Shown piece by piece: positions 29,051 through 38,428 of a stretch of DNA of 64,000 nt. How positions within the stretch are numbered: the first letter of the stretch is position 1; every line of letters starts with the position of its first letter. Origin of the DNA: Bacillota bacterium. GTDB lineage: Bacteria > Bacillota_I > Bacilli_A > RF39 > UBA660. The stretch lies in the NCBI GenBank assembly GCA_015059425.1, contig SVAM01000002.1, positions 12,063 to 76,062 of the forward strand. The letters run 5' to 3'. A program made the translations under genes and the position numbers. A model generated the notes under the pieces. That model worked only from the letters and a program-made list of their open reading frames with translations, was not told the DNA's origin and did no database searches.

Positions 29051-29698
29051 ATGAATTTTTTAGATAAATTTGGTATAAAAATAGATAATTTAGATTTAAT
29101 AGAGGAAGCCTTAACTCATAGTAGTTATTCTAATGAACATAACACTAAAAATTATGAAAGATTAGAATTTTTAGGTGATGCTGTTTTACAACTTATTACA
29201 AGTGAGTATTTTTATAGGAATTTTGATGCAAAAGAAGGGGAACTATCTAAAATAAGAGCTAGTTTTGTTTGTGAAAGTGCTCTTGCTCAATATTCAAAAG
29301 ATGTTGGTATCGATAAACATATTAAAGTGGGAAATGGTCAAATAAAAAATATAAATGATACAATTATTGCTGATTGTTTTGAAAGTGTTTTAGGAGCAAT
29401 TTATTTAGATAAAGGTTTTGAGGTTGCTAAAAAATATGTGTTAGAAGTATTATCGCCACATGTTAATGAACACCATATATTTTTAGGTGATTATAAATCA
29501 AGATTACAAGAAATGGTTCAAACTGATAAAAAGTCATTAGAATATCGTTTAGTATCAGAAACAGGACCTAGCCATGATAAAACTTTTGTATATGAAGTTG
29601 TAATTGATAATATTGTTTATGGTAAAGGGATAGGTAAAAGTAAAAAAGAAGCAGAACAAGAAGCTGCTAAAAATGCCTTAGAAAAAAGTGTTAAGTAA
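29051..29698 (+). CDS. rnc: Ribonuclease III
   Basis: NYERLEFLGDAVL; dsRBD DYKSRLQE...GKSKKEAEQEAA. Confidence 0.97.
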   Translation: MNFLDKFGIKIDNLDLIEEALTHSSYSNEHNTKNYERLEFLGDAVLQLITSEYFYRNFDAKEGELSKIRASFVCESALAQYSKDVGIDKHIKVGNGQIKNINDTIIADCFESVLGAIYLDKGFEVAKKYVLEVLSPHVNEHHIFLGDYKSRLQEMVQTDKKSLEYRLVSETGPSHDKTFVYEVVIDNIVYGKGIGKSKKEAEQEAAKNALEKSVK

Positions 29699-29710
29699 AG
29701 GAAGATAATA

Positions 29711-32650
29711 ATGCATTTAAAAAGTATTAGAGCATTTGGTTTTAAATCATTTGCAGATAAAATAGATTTAGAAATAAAAGATGGTATTACAGCGATAGTA
29801 GGCCCAAACGGATCAGGAAAAAGTAATATAGTTGATGCAGTACGTTGGGTGTTAGGTGAGCAATCAGTAAAATCTTTACGTGGGTCTGATACTATGAGCG
29901 ACGTAATATTTTCGGGTTCCAAAACAAGACCTGCTCATAATAGGGCATATGTTTCACTTGTTTTTGATAATAGTGATCATTATTTAAATAGTGAATTTAA
30001 AGAAGTAGAAATAAAAAGGGTAATTTATAATACTGGAGAAAACGAATATTATATAAATAATAGTAAAGTAAGACTTAAAGATGTAACTGATCTTTTTTTA
30101 GATACTGGTGCCGGTAATGATTCTTTTAATATTATATCTCAAGGCAGTGTATCAGATATAATTAATAGTAAACCTGAAGCAAGACGTGTAATATTTGAAG
30201 ATGCTGCAGGTGTTTTAAAATATAAAAAACGAAAAGAAGTAAGTTTAAAAAAGTTAGAAAAAACTAAAGAGAATTTATTCAGAGTAAAACTAGTAATAGA
30301 TGAACTAGAAAAAAGCGTTATGCCATTAAAAAAACAAAGTGAAGTTGCTAAAAAATATTTAAGTTTAAAAGATGAATTAAAATCAATTGAAATAGCTTTA
30401 ATAGCAAGCGATATAACAAACATCAATATTGATTATAAAAAGATTAAAACTGAAATAGAAACTTTACAAAAGGAATTATCAAAAATAACTTCAAATAATA
30501 CGGAAGATAATACTAAACTTGAAAAATTAAAATTGAAGCATTTAAAATTAGAAGAAGCTATTACTGTTAAAAATAATGAATATGTCGGCTTAACAGAGAA
30601 TCTAGCTAGTTTAGAAGCTGAAAAATTAGTTACGATGGAACGCAAAAAATATGATACTAATAAAGACAAAATAGAAGAAGCTTTAATAAAACTTAAAGAA
30701 GAACAATTAAATATTAAAAAAGAAATAGCAACAGAAAAAGCGAAGCTTGATGATATAATTAGTGATATTAAAGAAAAATCTATCGAAAAAGATAAATTAG
30801 ATAATATGGTTATAACTGAAAAAGTTAAAAGAACTAATTTAATAACTAAAATAAATGATTATTCTAAAGAAATATTAGTTTTAGAAAATAAAATTGAAAT
30901 ATTAGATGATAATATTAAAAATAATTCAAAAATGCCAAATGGTGTTCGAAGTGTTTTAAATAATATGAGACTTACTGGTGTTCATAATACTATTGGTAAT
31001 TTAATTGAAAATGAAAATATGTATAGTGTTGCTATAGAAACAGTTCTAGGTAGTTCATCAAACTTTTTGGTAGTAGATGATGAGGCGGCTACTAAAGAAT
31101 GCATAGATTTCTTAAAAATTAATAAATTAGGTAGAGCTACGTTTTTTCCGCTTAATATTATTAAAGCTAAATCAATGAATGAATTAGATATAAATAAAAT
31201 AAAATTTCATAAAGGTTTTATTAATATAGCAAGTTCACTTGTTACTTATGATAAAGAATATGATAATATAATAAAAAACCAATTAGGAAATGTAATCGTA
31301 GTAGATAATATTGATTCTTTAAATGAAATAGGTAAAATATTAGATTATAAGTATAGAATAGTATCTTTAGATGGAGAAATATTATATTCTGGTGGTTCTA
31401 TTGCTGGAGGATCTTCTAAGAATAATAGTGTGTTAAATGATAAATTATTACTAAATGAAATGCAAGAAAAGTTGGAAATTACAAAATTGGAATTAGAAAG
31501 AATTAATAAAGAATATAGAGATTTTAATAATAATTTTAATATTTTGGAGTTAAAAGAAACAGAACTATCTAAACAATTAATTAATCTAAATGAAATATTA
31601 AATACAAGAACTAATAAAATACGTAGTTTAGAAGAAGCATTAAATAAAAAAGAACTTGAAATAAAAGGTAACGAAGATATGGGTAATAATACTTTAGATG
31701 AAAAACTTTTAAACATTTTAGAAGAGGCAAGTTTAGTTGCAAGTGAAAAAGATATTGCACTAGAAGAATTAAATAAATTAAAGAAAATTAAATCTGATTT
31801 AGCATTAGAAATTAATGAAGTAGAAAGTAAATATCACAAAACTAATACTGAATACAACAGAATTCAAAATGATTTAAAAGATAAGGAAGTTAAGTTAGGA
31901 AAATATGATGTTAAATTAGATAATTTATTACTTGAATTATCAGAAAATTATTCATTAACTTATGAATGTGCATGTAGTAACTATGAACTTGAATTACCTG
32001 AAGAACTTGCAAGAACAAAAGTGGACTTGATAAAAAAGGATATTTTTAAACTTGGAGAAGTAAATATTGGTGCGATTAATGAGTATGAACGAGTTAGCGA
32101 AAGATATAATTTCTTAATAAAACAAAGTGAAGATTTAGAAGAATCAAGTTCTGAACTTACTAATATCATAAATGAAATGGATAAAATAATGATTGAACGT
32201 TTTAAAGAAACTTTTGCTAACATTAGTAAAGAATTTAATCAAGTATTTAGGAAATTATTTAAAGGTGGATATGGAGCTTTAAAATTAACTAATCCAAATG
32301 ATATACTAAATACTGGTATTGATATTGAAGCAGAACCGCCAGGAAAAAAATTAAATTCCATTGCACTTTTATCAGGTGGTGAAAAAACATTAACGGCAAT
32401 CGCTGTATTATTTGCCATACTAAATGTTAAACCAAGTCCATTCTGTGTACTTGATGAGGTAGAAGCAGCACTTGATGAAGCAAATGTTGATACTTTTGGT
32501 AAATACTTACAAGAAAAGAAAGAAGTAAGTCAATTTATTTTAATAACTCATAAAAAAAGAACTATGGAATATGCAGATGTTTTATATGGTATAACTATGC
32601 AAGAATCTGGTGTAAGTAAAATTGTTAGTGTAAATTTAGAAAATATGTGA
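29711..32650 (+). CDS. smc: Chromosome segregation protein SMC (short-arm, 979 aa)
   Basis: GPNGSGKSN, hinge GRATFFPL, LSGGEK, VLDEVEAALD. Confidence 0.96.
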   Translation: MHLKSIRAFGFKSFADKIDLEIKDGITAIVGPNGSGKSNIVDAVRWVLGEQSVKSLRGSDTMSDVIFSGSKTRPAHNRAYVSLVFDNSDHYLNSEFKEVEIKRVIYNTGENEYYINNSKVRLKDVTDLFLDTGAGNDSFNIISQGSVSDIINSKPEARRVIFEDAAGVLKYKKRKEVSLKKLEKTKENLFRVKLVIDELEKSVMPLKKQSEVAKKYLSLKDELKSIEIALIASDITNINIDYKKIKTEIETLQKELSKITSNNTEDNTKLEKLKLKHLKLEEAITVKNNEYVGLTENLASLEAEKLVTMERKKYDTNKDKIEEALIKLKEEQLNIKKEIATEKAKLDDIISDIKEKSIEKDKLDNMVITEKVKRTNLITKINDYSKEILVLENKIEILDDNIKNNSKMPNGVRSVLNNMRLTGVHNTIGNLIENENMYSVAIETVLGSSSNFLVVDDEAATKECIDFLKINKLGRATFFPLNIIKAKSMNELDINKIKFHKGFINIASSLVTYDKEYDNIIKNQLGNVIVVDNIDSLNEIGKILDYKYRIVSLDGEILYSGGSIAGGSSKNNSVLNDKLLLNEMQEKLEITKLELERINKEYRDFNNNFNILELKETELSKQLINLNEILNTRTNKIRSLEEALNKKELEIKGNEDMGNNTLDEKLLNILEEASLVASEKDIALEELNKLKKIKSDLALEINEVESKYHKTNTEYNRIQNDLKDKEVKLGKYDVKLDNLLLELSENYSLTYECACSNYELELPEELARTKVDLIKKDIFKLGEVNIGAINEYERVSERYNFLIKQSEDLEESSSELTNIINEMDKIMIERFKETFANISKEFNQVFRKLFKGGYGALKLTNPNDILNTGIDIEAEPPGKKLNSIALLSGGEKTLTAIAVLFAILNVKPSPFCVLDEVEAALDEANVDTFGKYLQEKKEVSQFILITHKKRTMEYADVLYGITMQESGVSKIVSVNLENM

Positions 32651-32687
32651 TATAATAAAACCCTCATGAAAAAAGGAGGGTTTTTCT

Positions 32688-33044
32688 ATGGATTATGTAA
32701 ATAATTTTTTGAACATATATTATAGCGAAGATAAAGATATGAAAATATATGAGATATTTATTAATTTTGCATTTAATGAAATATCAAGAAGAATGAATAC
32801 AACTACAAGTATTACCGATATAATTAAATCATTTCAAAGAATTGGCATTAATAATGATATAAATGAATTATTAAATAATATGATAAACTTTGTTAAAATG
32901 GAAAATTTAAGCAGATTATTAAGAGAAAATTTAAATCATGAGCCATTAGTTTTAATTTTAGAAGATTATGCTAATAAATATTGTAACATTAATAATTTTC
33001 CTAAAAAAGAAATTAATGATGAAACTATAAATATGTCAAGATAA
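32688..33044 (+). CDS. Hypothetical protein
   Basis: GGAGGG RBS inside hairpin 32657-32684. Confidence 0.6.
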   Translation: MDYVNNFLNIYYSEDKDMKIYEIFINFAFNEISRRMNTTTSITDIIKSFQRIGINNDINELLNNMINFVKMENLSRLLRENLNHEPLVLILEDYANKYCNINNFPKKEINDETINMSR

Positions 33045-33314
33045 ACTGTTTTGTAACAGTTTTTTTGACGATTTGCATTTTTAATTATTATATAAAATGA
33101 ATATATTAACAATGAATAATAATATCAAACAGATGACCCAGTTAGTGAATTTTATAAATATATAAATTATTTGGAATATATTAAAGTAAATAAAAAGTTA
33201 TTAAGGTATGCTATGTAAGATTGTGTTAATTGTCAAAGATGAACAATTTGGAAGAGCTGGCAACAAAGTACATAGTTTTGCAAGAAAAAATAAGTAGAGA
33301 TCTACTTACTTTTT

Positions 33315-33875
33315 TTATATTTCACGATATTTATCAGCATCTTTAAATGGATTTTTAGGATCAATTTTATCTACAAAGAGTATTCCGTTTAAATGATCTA
33401 TTTCATGTTGAAAAGCAATACTAATATCTTCTCTAACTCTAATTTTAAATTTATTTCCCTCTAAATCTTGTGCTTCAATAGTAATTCTGGCAAATCTCGG
33501 AACAATGCCATCAACTTCACGATTAACACTTAAACAACCTTCACCTTCACCAACATAAATAATTTCTTCGCTATGACTAATTATTTTTGGATTAATTAAA
33601 ATATAATCTTTAAAACTTCCATCTTCTAATTCTTCGACTATAACAAATATTCTTTTAGGAATTCCGATTTGAATATAAGCTAGACCCATACCAGCCCTTA
33701 GATCATATTTTTTAGCATATTTTTCTATTTGGCTCATTTTTAAATATGTAATCATAGCTTCAATAGTTTGTTTAGTATCATTACTTAAAGGAAATTCTAC
33801 ATCATTACTAATTGTTCTTAAAATTTTATCACTTTCATCCAATATTTTTATATTTGGTAATTTCATATTGTTCAC
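33315..33875 (-). CDS. def: Peptide deformylase
   Basis: GMGLAYIQ, EGCLSV, QHEIDHLNG. Confidence 0.96.
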   Translation of the reverse strand: MNNMKLPNIKILDESDKILRTISNDVEFPLSNDTKQTIEAMITYLKMSQIEKYAKKYDLRAGMGLAYIQIGIPKRIFVIVEELEDGSFKDYILINPKIISHSEEIIYVGEGEGCLSVNREVDGIVPRFARITIEAQDLEGNKFKIRVREDISIAFQHEIDHLNGILFVDKIDPKNPFKDADKYREI

Positions 33876-33930
33876 CCCAAGCTGAGCAATATTTTACCAC
33901 AAAATAAATTAAAAAGGAAGAAAAATCTTC

Positions 33931-34119
33931 CTAGTTATTATTTCCGCCAAAGCTCCAGCCAGCGCCAATTATTATTACAAGTAGAATGAATAAGACTATC
34001 CATATAGCAGCTCCGATGCCATAGCCACTTGTATATCCTGCATATCCTCCAGTATTACAACAAGGTTGGTATCCACCATAACCGCCACCATAGTAGCCAT
34101 TATTTCCATAATAATACAT
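33931..34119 (-). CDS. YjcZ/SscA-family small sporulation protein
   Basis: G/Y-rich N-terminus, then IVLFILLVIIIG; GGAGG RBS. Confidence 0.8.
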   Translation of the reverse strand: MYYYGNNGYYGGGYGGYQPCCNTGGYAGYTSGYGIGAAIWIVLFILLVIIIGAGWSFGGNNN

Positions 34120-34251
34120 ATTTATACCTCCTTTATGTATCTATTATAGTTTACTCAAGTTAGCACACTTTTGACATTAAAAACTATTAATTTTTAAAAT
34201 TTCTTTTAAATAATAATTATGTATGATAGAATTAGAGTAGGGTGAAGAGAC

Positions 34252-35415
34252 TTGAAGAAGCTGTTATCTAAAATGGACATATGGTTACTTATATTGATGC
34301 TTATATATAGTTTGTTTGGACTTATAATGATATTTTCGTCATCAAGTGTGTCAACTGTACTTAGGTATAATGTACCTCAATATCATTTTTTTGTAAGACA
34401 AGCAATATTTTTAATAGCTTCATTTATAATTGGTTTTTTAATTATTATTAGATTTCCAACAAGTAAATATAAGTATTTTACAACACTTGCTATAGCAGGT
34501 ATTATAGTAGCACTACTTGGATTATTTGTTTATGGTAGAATTACTAATAATGCTCGTTCTTGGTATGATATAGGTCCTTTTGCTTTACAGCCTAGTGAGT
34601 TTGCTAAATCTATTATTATTATATTTTTAGCAGTTTCTTATTCAAAATTAGATAAATTAAAAAACAATAACATAGCAATGTATTTTATTCCTGTTGCTAT
34701 ATCTTTAATTGTTGCTATATTAATAGCATTACAACCAGATTTTGGTACATTTGCAATACTTGGAGGTATAGTATTTTTTGTGTTTATAAGTATTCCTAAT
34801 GTTCAAACTAATATCTTAAAAGTATTAAAATTTGGAGCAATAGGCTTAGTAGTAGCAGCTTTAGCTATCCTTTATAGTGGAACTGAAATATTTAATTCTA
34901 GACAATTACAGCGTTTTCAATTTAGAAGTCCATGTTCTAGATATATAGAGGATACTGGGTATCAAGTATGTAACGGATTTATTGCAATTCATAACGGTGG
35001 TCTATTTGGAGTAGGACTAGGTAATAGTAGTCAAAAATATTTATATTTACCAGAAAGTCATACAGATTTTATATATCCAATTATCGTAGAAGAGTGGGGT
35101 GCTATAGTAGGAGTATTAATAATTATAGGATACATGGTAATGCTTTATAGGATTTTAAAAATAGCTAGAGAAGCAGAAAATTTAAGATTAAGTATTTTAG
35201 CTTATGGAGTATTTTTGTATTTATTATTCCATATTTTAATTAATCTTTTAGGAGTATTAGCACTTATTCCACTTACCGGAGTACCATTACCATTTCTAAG
35301 TTATGGCGGCTCATTTACTATTAATGTAGTAATTATGTTATTTGTAGTTCAACGAGTAAATATCGAAAATAAAACTTTAAAGAACAAAAGAGAAATGGCA
35401 AGTATTACAAATTAA
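34252..35415 (+). CDS. SEDS family protein (FtsW/RodA/SpoVE)
   Basis: LQPSEFAK, QPDFGT, LPESHTDFI, GVPLPFLSYGGS. Confidence 0.93.
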   Translation: MKKLLSKMDIWLLILMLIYSLFGLIMIFSSSSVSTVLRYNVPQYHFFVRQAIFLIASFIIGFLIIIRFPTSKYKYFTTLAIAGIIVALLGLFVYGRITNNARSWYDIGPFALQPSEFAKSIIIIFLAVSYSKLDKLKNNNIAMYFIPVAISLIVAILIALQPDFGTFAILGGIVFFVFISIPNVQTNILKVLKFGAIGLVVAALAILYSGTEIFNSRQLQRFQFRSPCSRYIEDTGYQVCNGFIAIHNGGLFGVGLGNSSQKYLYLPESHTDFIYPIIVEEWGAIVGVLIIIGYMVMLYRILKIAREAENLRLSILAYGVFLYLLFHILINLLGVLALIPLTGVPLPFLSYGGSFTINVVIMLFVVQRVNIENKTLKNKREMASITN

Positions 35416-35522
35416 AGAAACTTTTAGTTATTAATAATTGATTATAAGTTAAATATATGGTATATTTTAAATAGTATGATTGGAGCATAGACTATGAAAT
35501 TTGTGCAAATCTAGGACTTGAG

Positions 35523-35999
35523 ATGAAATATTATCATTATTATTATAGCGCAAATGCTTTAGCAAATTATAAAGCACCTTCATTTAGTATTTATAAAATT
35601 AAATATTTAGATACTGTACAAAATGACTTAAATATCGGGAATGCTGATTTAATTTATCCTATAGGTTCAATAACAGCAGATGAAGTAATCTTTGCTGGTG
35701 CAACAATTAATAAAAATAATTTTTCTTATTATTTGTATAATGGATATAATGATAATGCCACATATAGTCTTAATGTTGATTATCAAAATATGAATGATAA
35801 TGGTCGTTGGAATGTAACATATGGTAGCGAACTTTATGCTGCTAGTGGTGATTTAACTATTGCCGGATCTTGCAGTCATGATATTCATGTTCGTCCCGTT
35901 ATAAATCTTAAAGCTAACACTTCTTTAACTGTCAATGATACATCATCAAATTATGGAACATGGGACAATCCATATATTGTAGTAGACACAGAAAATTAA
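35523..35999 (+). pseudogene. 5'-deleted paralog of the DGR-type target family
   Basis: APSF, PIGSITADEVIFAG, FSYYLY, VRPVINL, GTWDNPYIV; no anchor; shares the 28-bp promoter. Confidence 0.7.
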
Positions 36000-36009
36000 A
36001 GGAACTAAT

Positions 36010-37317
36010 TTAAATAGTTTCTTTTTTATATATAATTTTATTTATATATTTAAAACATAAAAATACTATAATTATTATATCTATTATTTCAGCAATAACT
36101 AATGCATACATTCCTATATGTGATAATGATAATATAGACATGGTTATAAGTTTAGTAATAATAGCTGTTAGTGTAATATACATGCATGTTTTAGCTTTTC
36201 CAACCGCTTGTAATACACTTTGTAAAGGGCCTTCTAAATAAAACAATACAAAGAATGGAGCAAGAATCTTAATATAATTAGATCCGTTCGTGGTGTTGTA
36301 TAATGTAGTAAGTAAATAATCTCTAAATATATAAATGGTTGTAGAAAATATTAAACCTACAATAAATGATAATATAAGCGCTTGTTTAAATCTACGTTTA
36401 ACCATGGTTATATTTTTTTCATAATAAAATCTAGATATTTCGGGAAGTAGGGAAGAAGATATAGCTTGTATAAAAAAAGATGGCATAGCAAGTAAACTTA
36501 TAGAATATGCATTATAAGCACCATATTCATTTAATATATAATTCATAGAATAGCCATTTAATAATAATAAATTAGTAAGTATAATTGGTTCAAAGAAAAA
36601 ACCAATATTTCCTATTAATCTTGATGATACAGTAGGTAATGATATACTTAATATTTCTTTAGCAGTGTTTGTATCTGGTTTTAAATCTTCTTTTGAAATT
36701 TTAAATTTTTTTGGAGCAAATAAAAGGAATGTAATTATGGAACTAAGTTCTGATGCTATGCTTATTAAAATTAGTCCTATGACAGAATAAACAACTCCTT
36801 TATCTACTAGCTTTGGAATAATAAGAAATATCAAAAGTATTCTTACTATTTGTTCAATTATATTTGATATAGTATGGGGTAACATTTTTTGTTTGCCATA
36901 AAAATATCCTTTTAAAATACTTGAAATAGATACAAAAGGGAAGGTTAATGCCATAGATAAAAGAAGAATACTAGCCCGAGGCTCATGGAGTAAATTATTT
37001 GCAATAAAATCCTTTGTAAAATATATAATTATAATAACTAAAATATTTAAAATTAAAGTAATTATAGTAGCATTAGAAAGTATTTTAATACTTCTTTTTT
37101 TATTTTCACTAATTAGTTTAGATATTACTATAGGAAGGGATAATGTTGCGATAGTAAGAAGTAATGAATAAGTAGGCATAACTAGTGAATATAAACCAAT
37201 TGCATCATTACCAACCATTCTAGTGTAAATAATTCTTATTAAAAAACCGAGCATTTTAGTTATTAAACCACCTATCATAAGGATAAAGGTAGCAGTAAAG
37301 AATTTATTTTTAAGCAT
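36010..37317 (-). CDS. spoVB: SpoVB-like MOP-family flippase
   Basis: ITKMLGFLIRI...GLYSLVMP, IEQIVRI, many TM segments; divergent from ComN-like gene. Confidence 0.8.
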   Translation of the reverse strand: MLKNKFFTATFILMIGGLITKMLGFLIRIIYTRMVGNDAIGLYSLVMPTYSLLLTIATLSLPIVISKLISENKKRSIKILSNATIITLILNILVIIIIYFTKDFIANNLLHEPRASILLLSMALTFPFVSISSILKGYFYGKQKMLPHTISNIIEQIVRILLIFLIIPKLVDKGVVYSVIGLILISIASELSSIITFLLFAPKKFKISKEDLKPDTNTAKEILSISLPTVSSRLIGNIGFFFEPIILTNLLLLNGYSMNYILNEYGAYNAYSISLLAMPSFFIQAISSSLLPEISRFYYEKNITMVKRRFKQALILSFIVGLIFSTTIYIFRDYLLTTLYNTTNGSNYIKILAPFFVLFYLEGPLQSVLQAVGKAKTCMYITLTAIITKLITMSILSLSHIGMYALVIAEIIDIIIIVFLCFKYINKIIYKKETI

Positions 37318-37397
37318 AAAATCTCCTCTTTAAAAATGTGTATAAATATTATATAATTAATATATATGATAATTAATTTAATTTAGGAGTTGATTTT

Positions 37398-37685
37398 ATG
37401 GATAAGGAAATAAAATTTAGAAGTTTACAAGAATTATATGATAGAATATTACCAGCTTTAAAATCAAAAACTCGTGAATTAAATAAAAAAGGTTTTAATT
37501 ATATTCATGAAGAAGATATATGGAACTTTTTAAAAACTTATAAATGGACAAGTTCAAGAGATCTTGATTTAGCAGCCATGGTTAATGATATATTTAATCT
37601 AAATGATAAAGAAATAGATGAATATGTTAGAAATGAAATAAAAGGCTATAGAAGAACAGTAAATAGTGATGATTTTTTGAAATAA
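37398..37685 (+). CDS. ComN/YrzD-like post-transcriptional regulator
   Basis: PALKSK..EL...G...I.EEDIWNFL...KW...L..MVNDI; synteny with spoVB. Confidence 0.75.
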   Translation: MDKEIKFRSLQELYDRILPALKSKTRELNKKGFNYIHEEDIWNFLKTYKWTSSRDLDLAAMVNDIFNLNDKEIDEYVRNEIKGYRRTVNSDDFLK

Positions 37686-37754
37686 TAACATGATATATAA
37701 TAATATTTTGAACTTGTAAGATTTTCTTGTAAGTCCTTAGAAAGTAGGCTAAAT

Positions 37755-38393
37755 ATGGAAATATTAAAAGATAAAAATAATGGTAACTATATTAAAAATT
37801 CAAATCCAATCGAAAGGTTTGAGAAAATAGAAAATGAAATATTAGTATTTTATATGAAATATAACCACTTAAAAAACATATATAGGCAAGGATGGCTAAA
37901 AGTAAGAATAGGTCTAGAACATAAAGATAAATGTGAATCTATCGCGGATCATTCATTTTCAGTTGCACTTCTTGCTTTAACGATAATCGAAAAATATAAT
38001 TTAAATTTAGATGTTTTAAAATGCCTTAAAATGGGAATTATTCATGAATTAGGTGAGGTATATGCTGGAGATTATACACCATATGATAATATTACAAAAG
38101 ACGAGAAACATATTAAAGAAAAAGAAGCTATATTAAAAGTATTAGAAACTTTAGATGAAAACAATGATTATTTAGAAATATGGGAAGAATTTGAGAAATT
38201 AGCTACAGAAGAAGCTAAATTTATAAAAAATGTTGATCAACTTGAATTTCTATTGCAAGCCTGCGCATATGGATATGATGCAGTATATTTTGAAAGCTGT
38301 TTAAATAGTATAACTGACCCTTATTGCAAAGAAATAGCATTATCTGCAATAGAAACAACAAAAGGGAATAAAATGCCAAAAGTAATAGGTTAA
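37755..38393 (+). CDS. HD domain protein (HDDC2/YfbR-like)
   Basis: LKNIYRQGW, ESIADHSF, IHELGEVYAGD.TP. Confidence 0.85.
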   Translation: MEILKDKNNGNYIKNSNPIERFEKIENEILVFYMKYNHLKNIYRQGWLKVRIGLEHKDKCESIADHSFSVALLALTIIEKYNLNLDVLKCLKMGIIHELGEVYAGDYTPYDNITKDEKHIKEKEAILKVLETLDENNDYLEIWEEFEKLATEEAKFIKNVDQLEFLLQACAYGYDAVYFESCLNSITDPYCKEIALSAIETTKGNKMPKVIG

Positions 38394-38428
38394 ATAATAC
38401 TTTAATAAATAGACAAGAGGAGATATAA

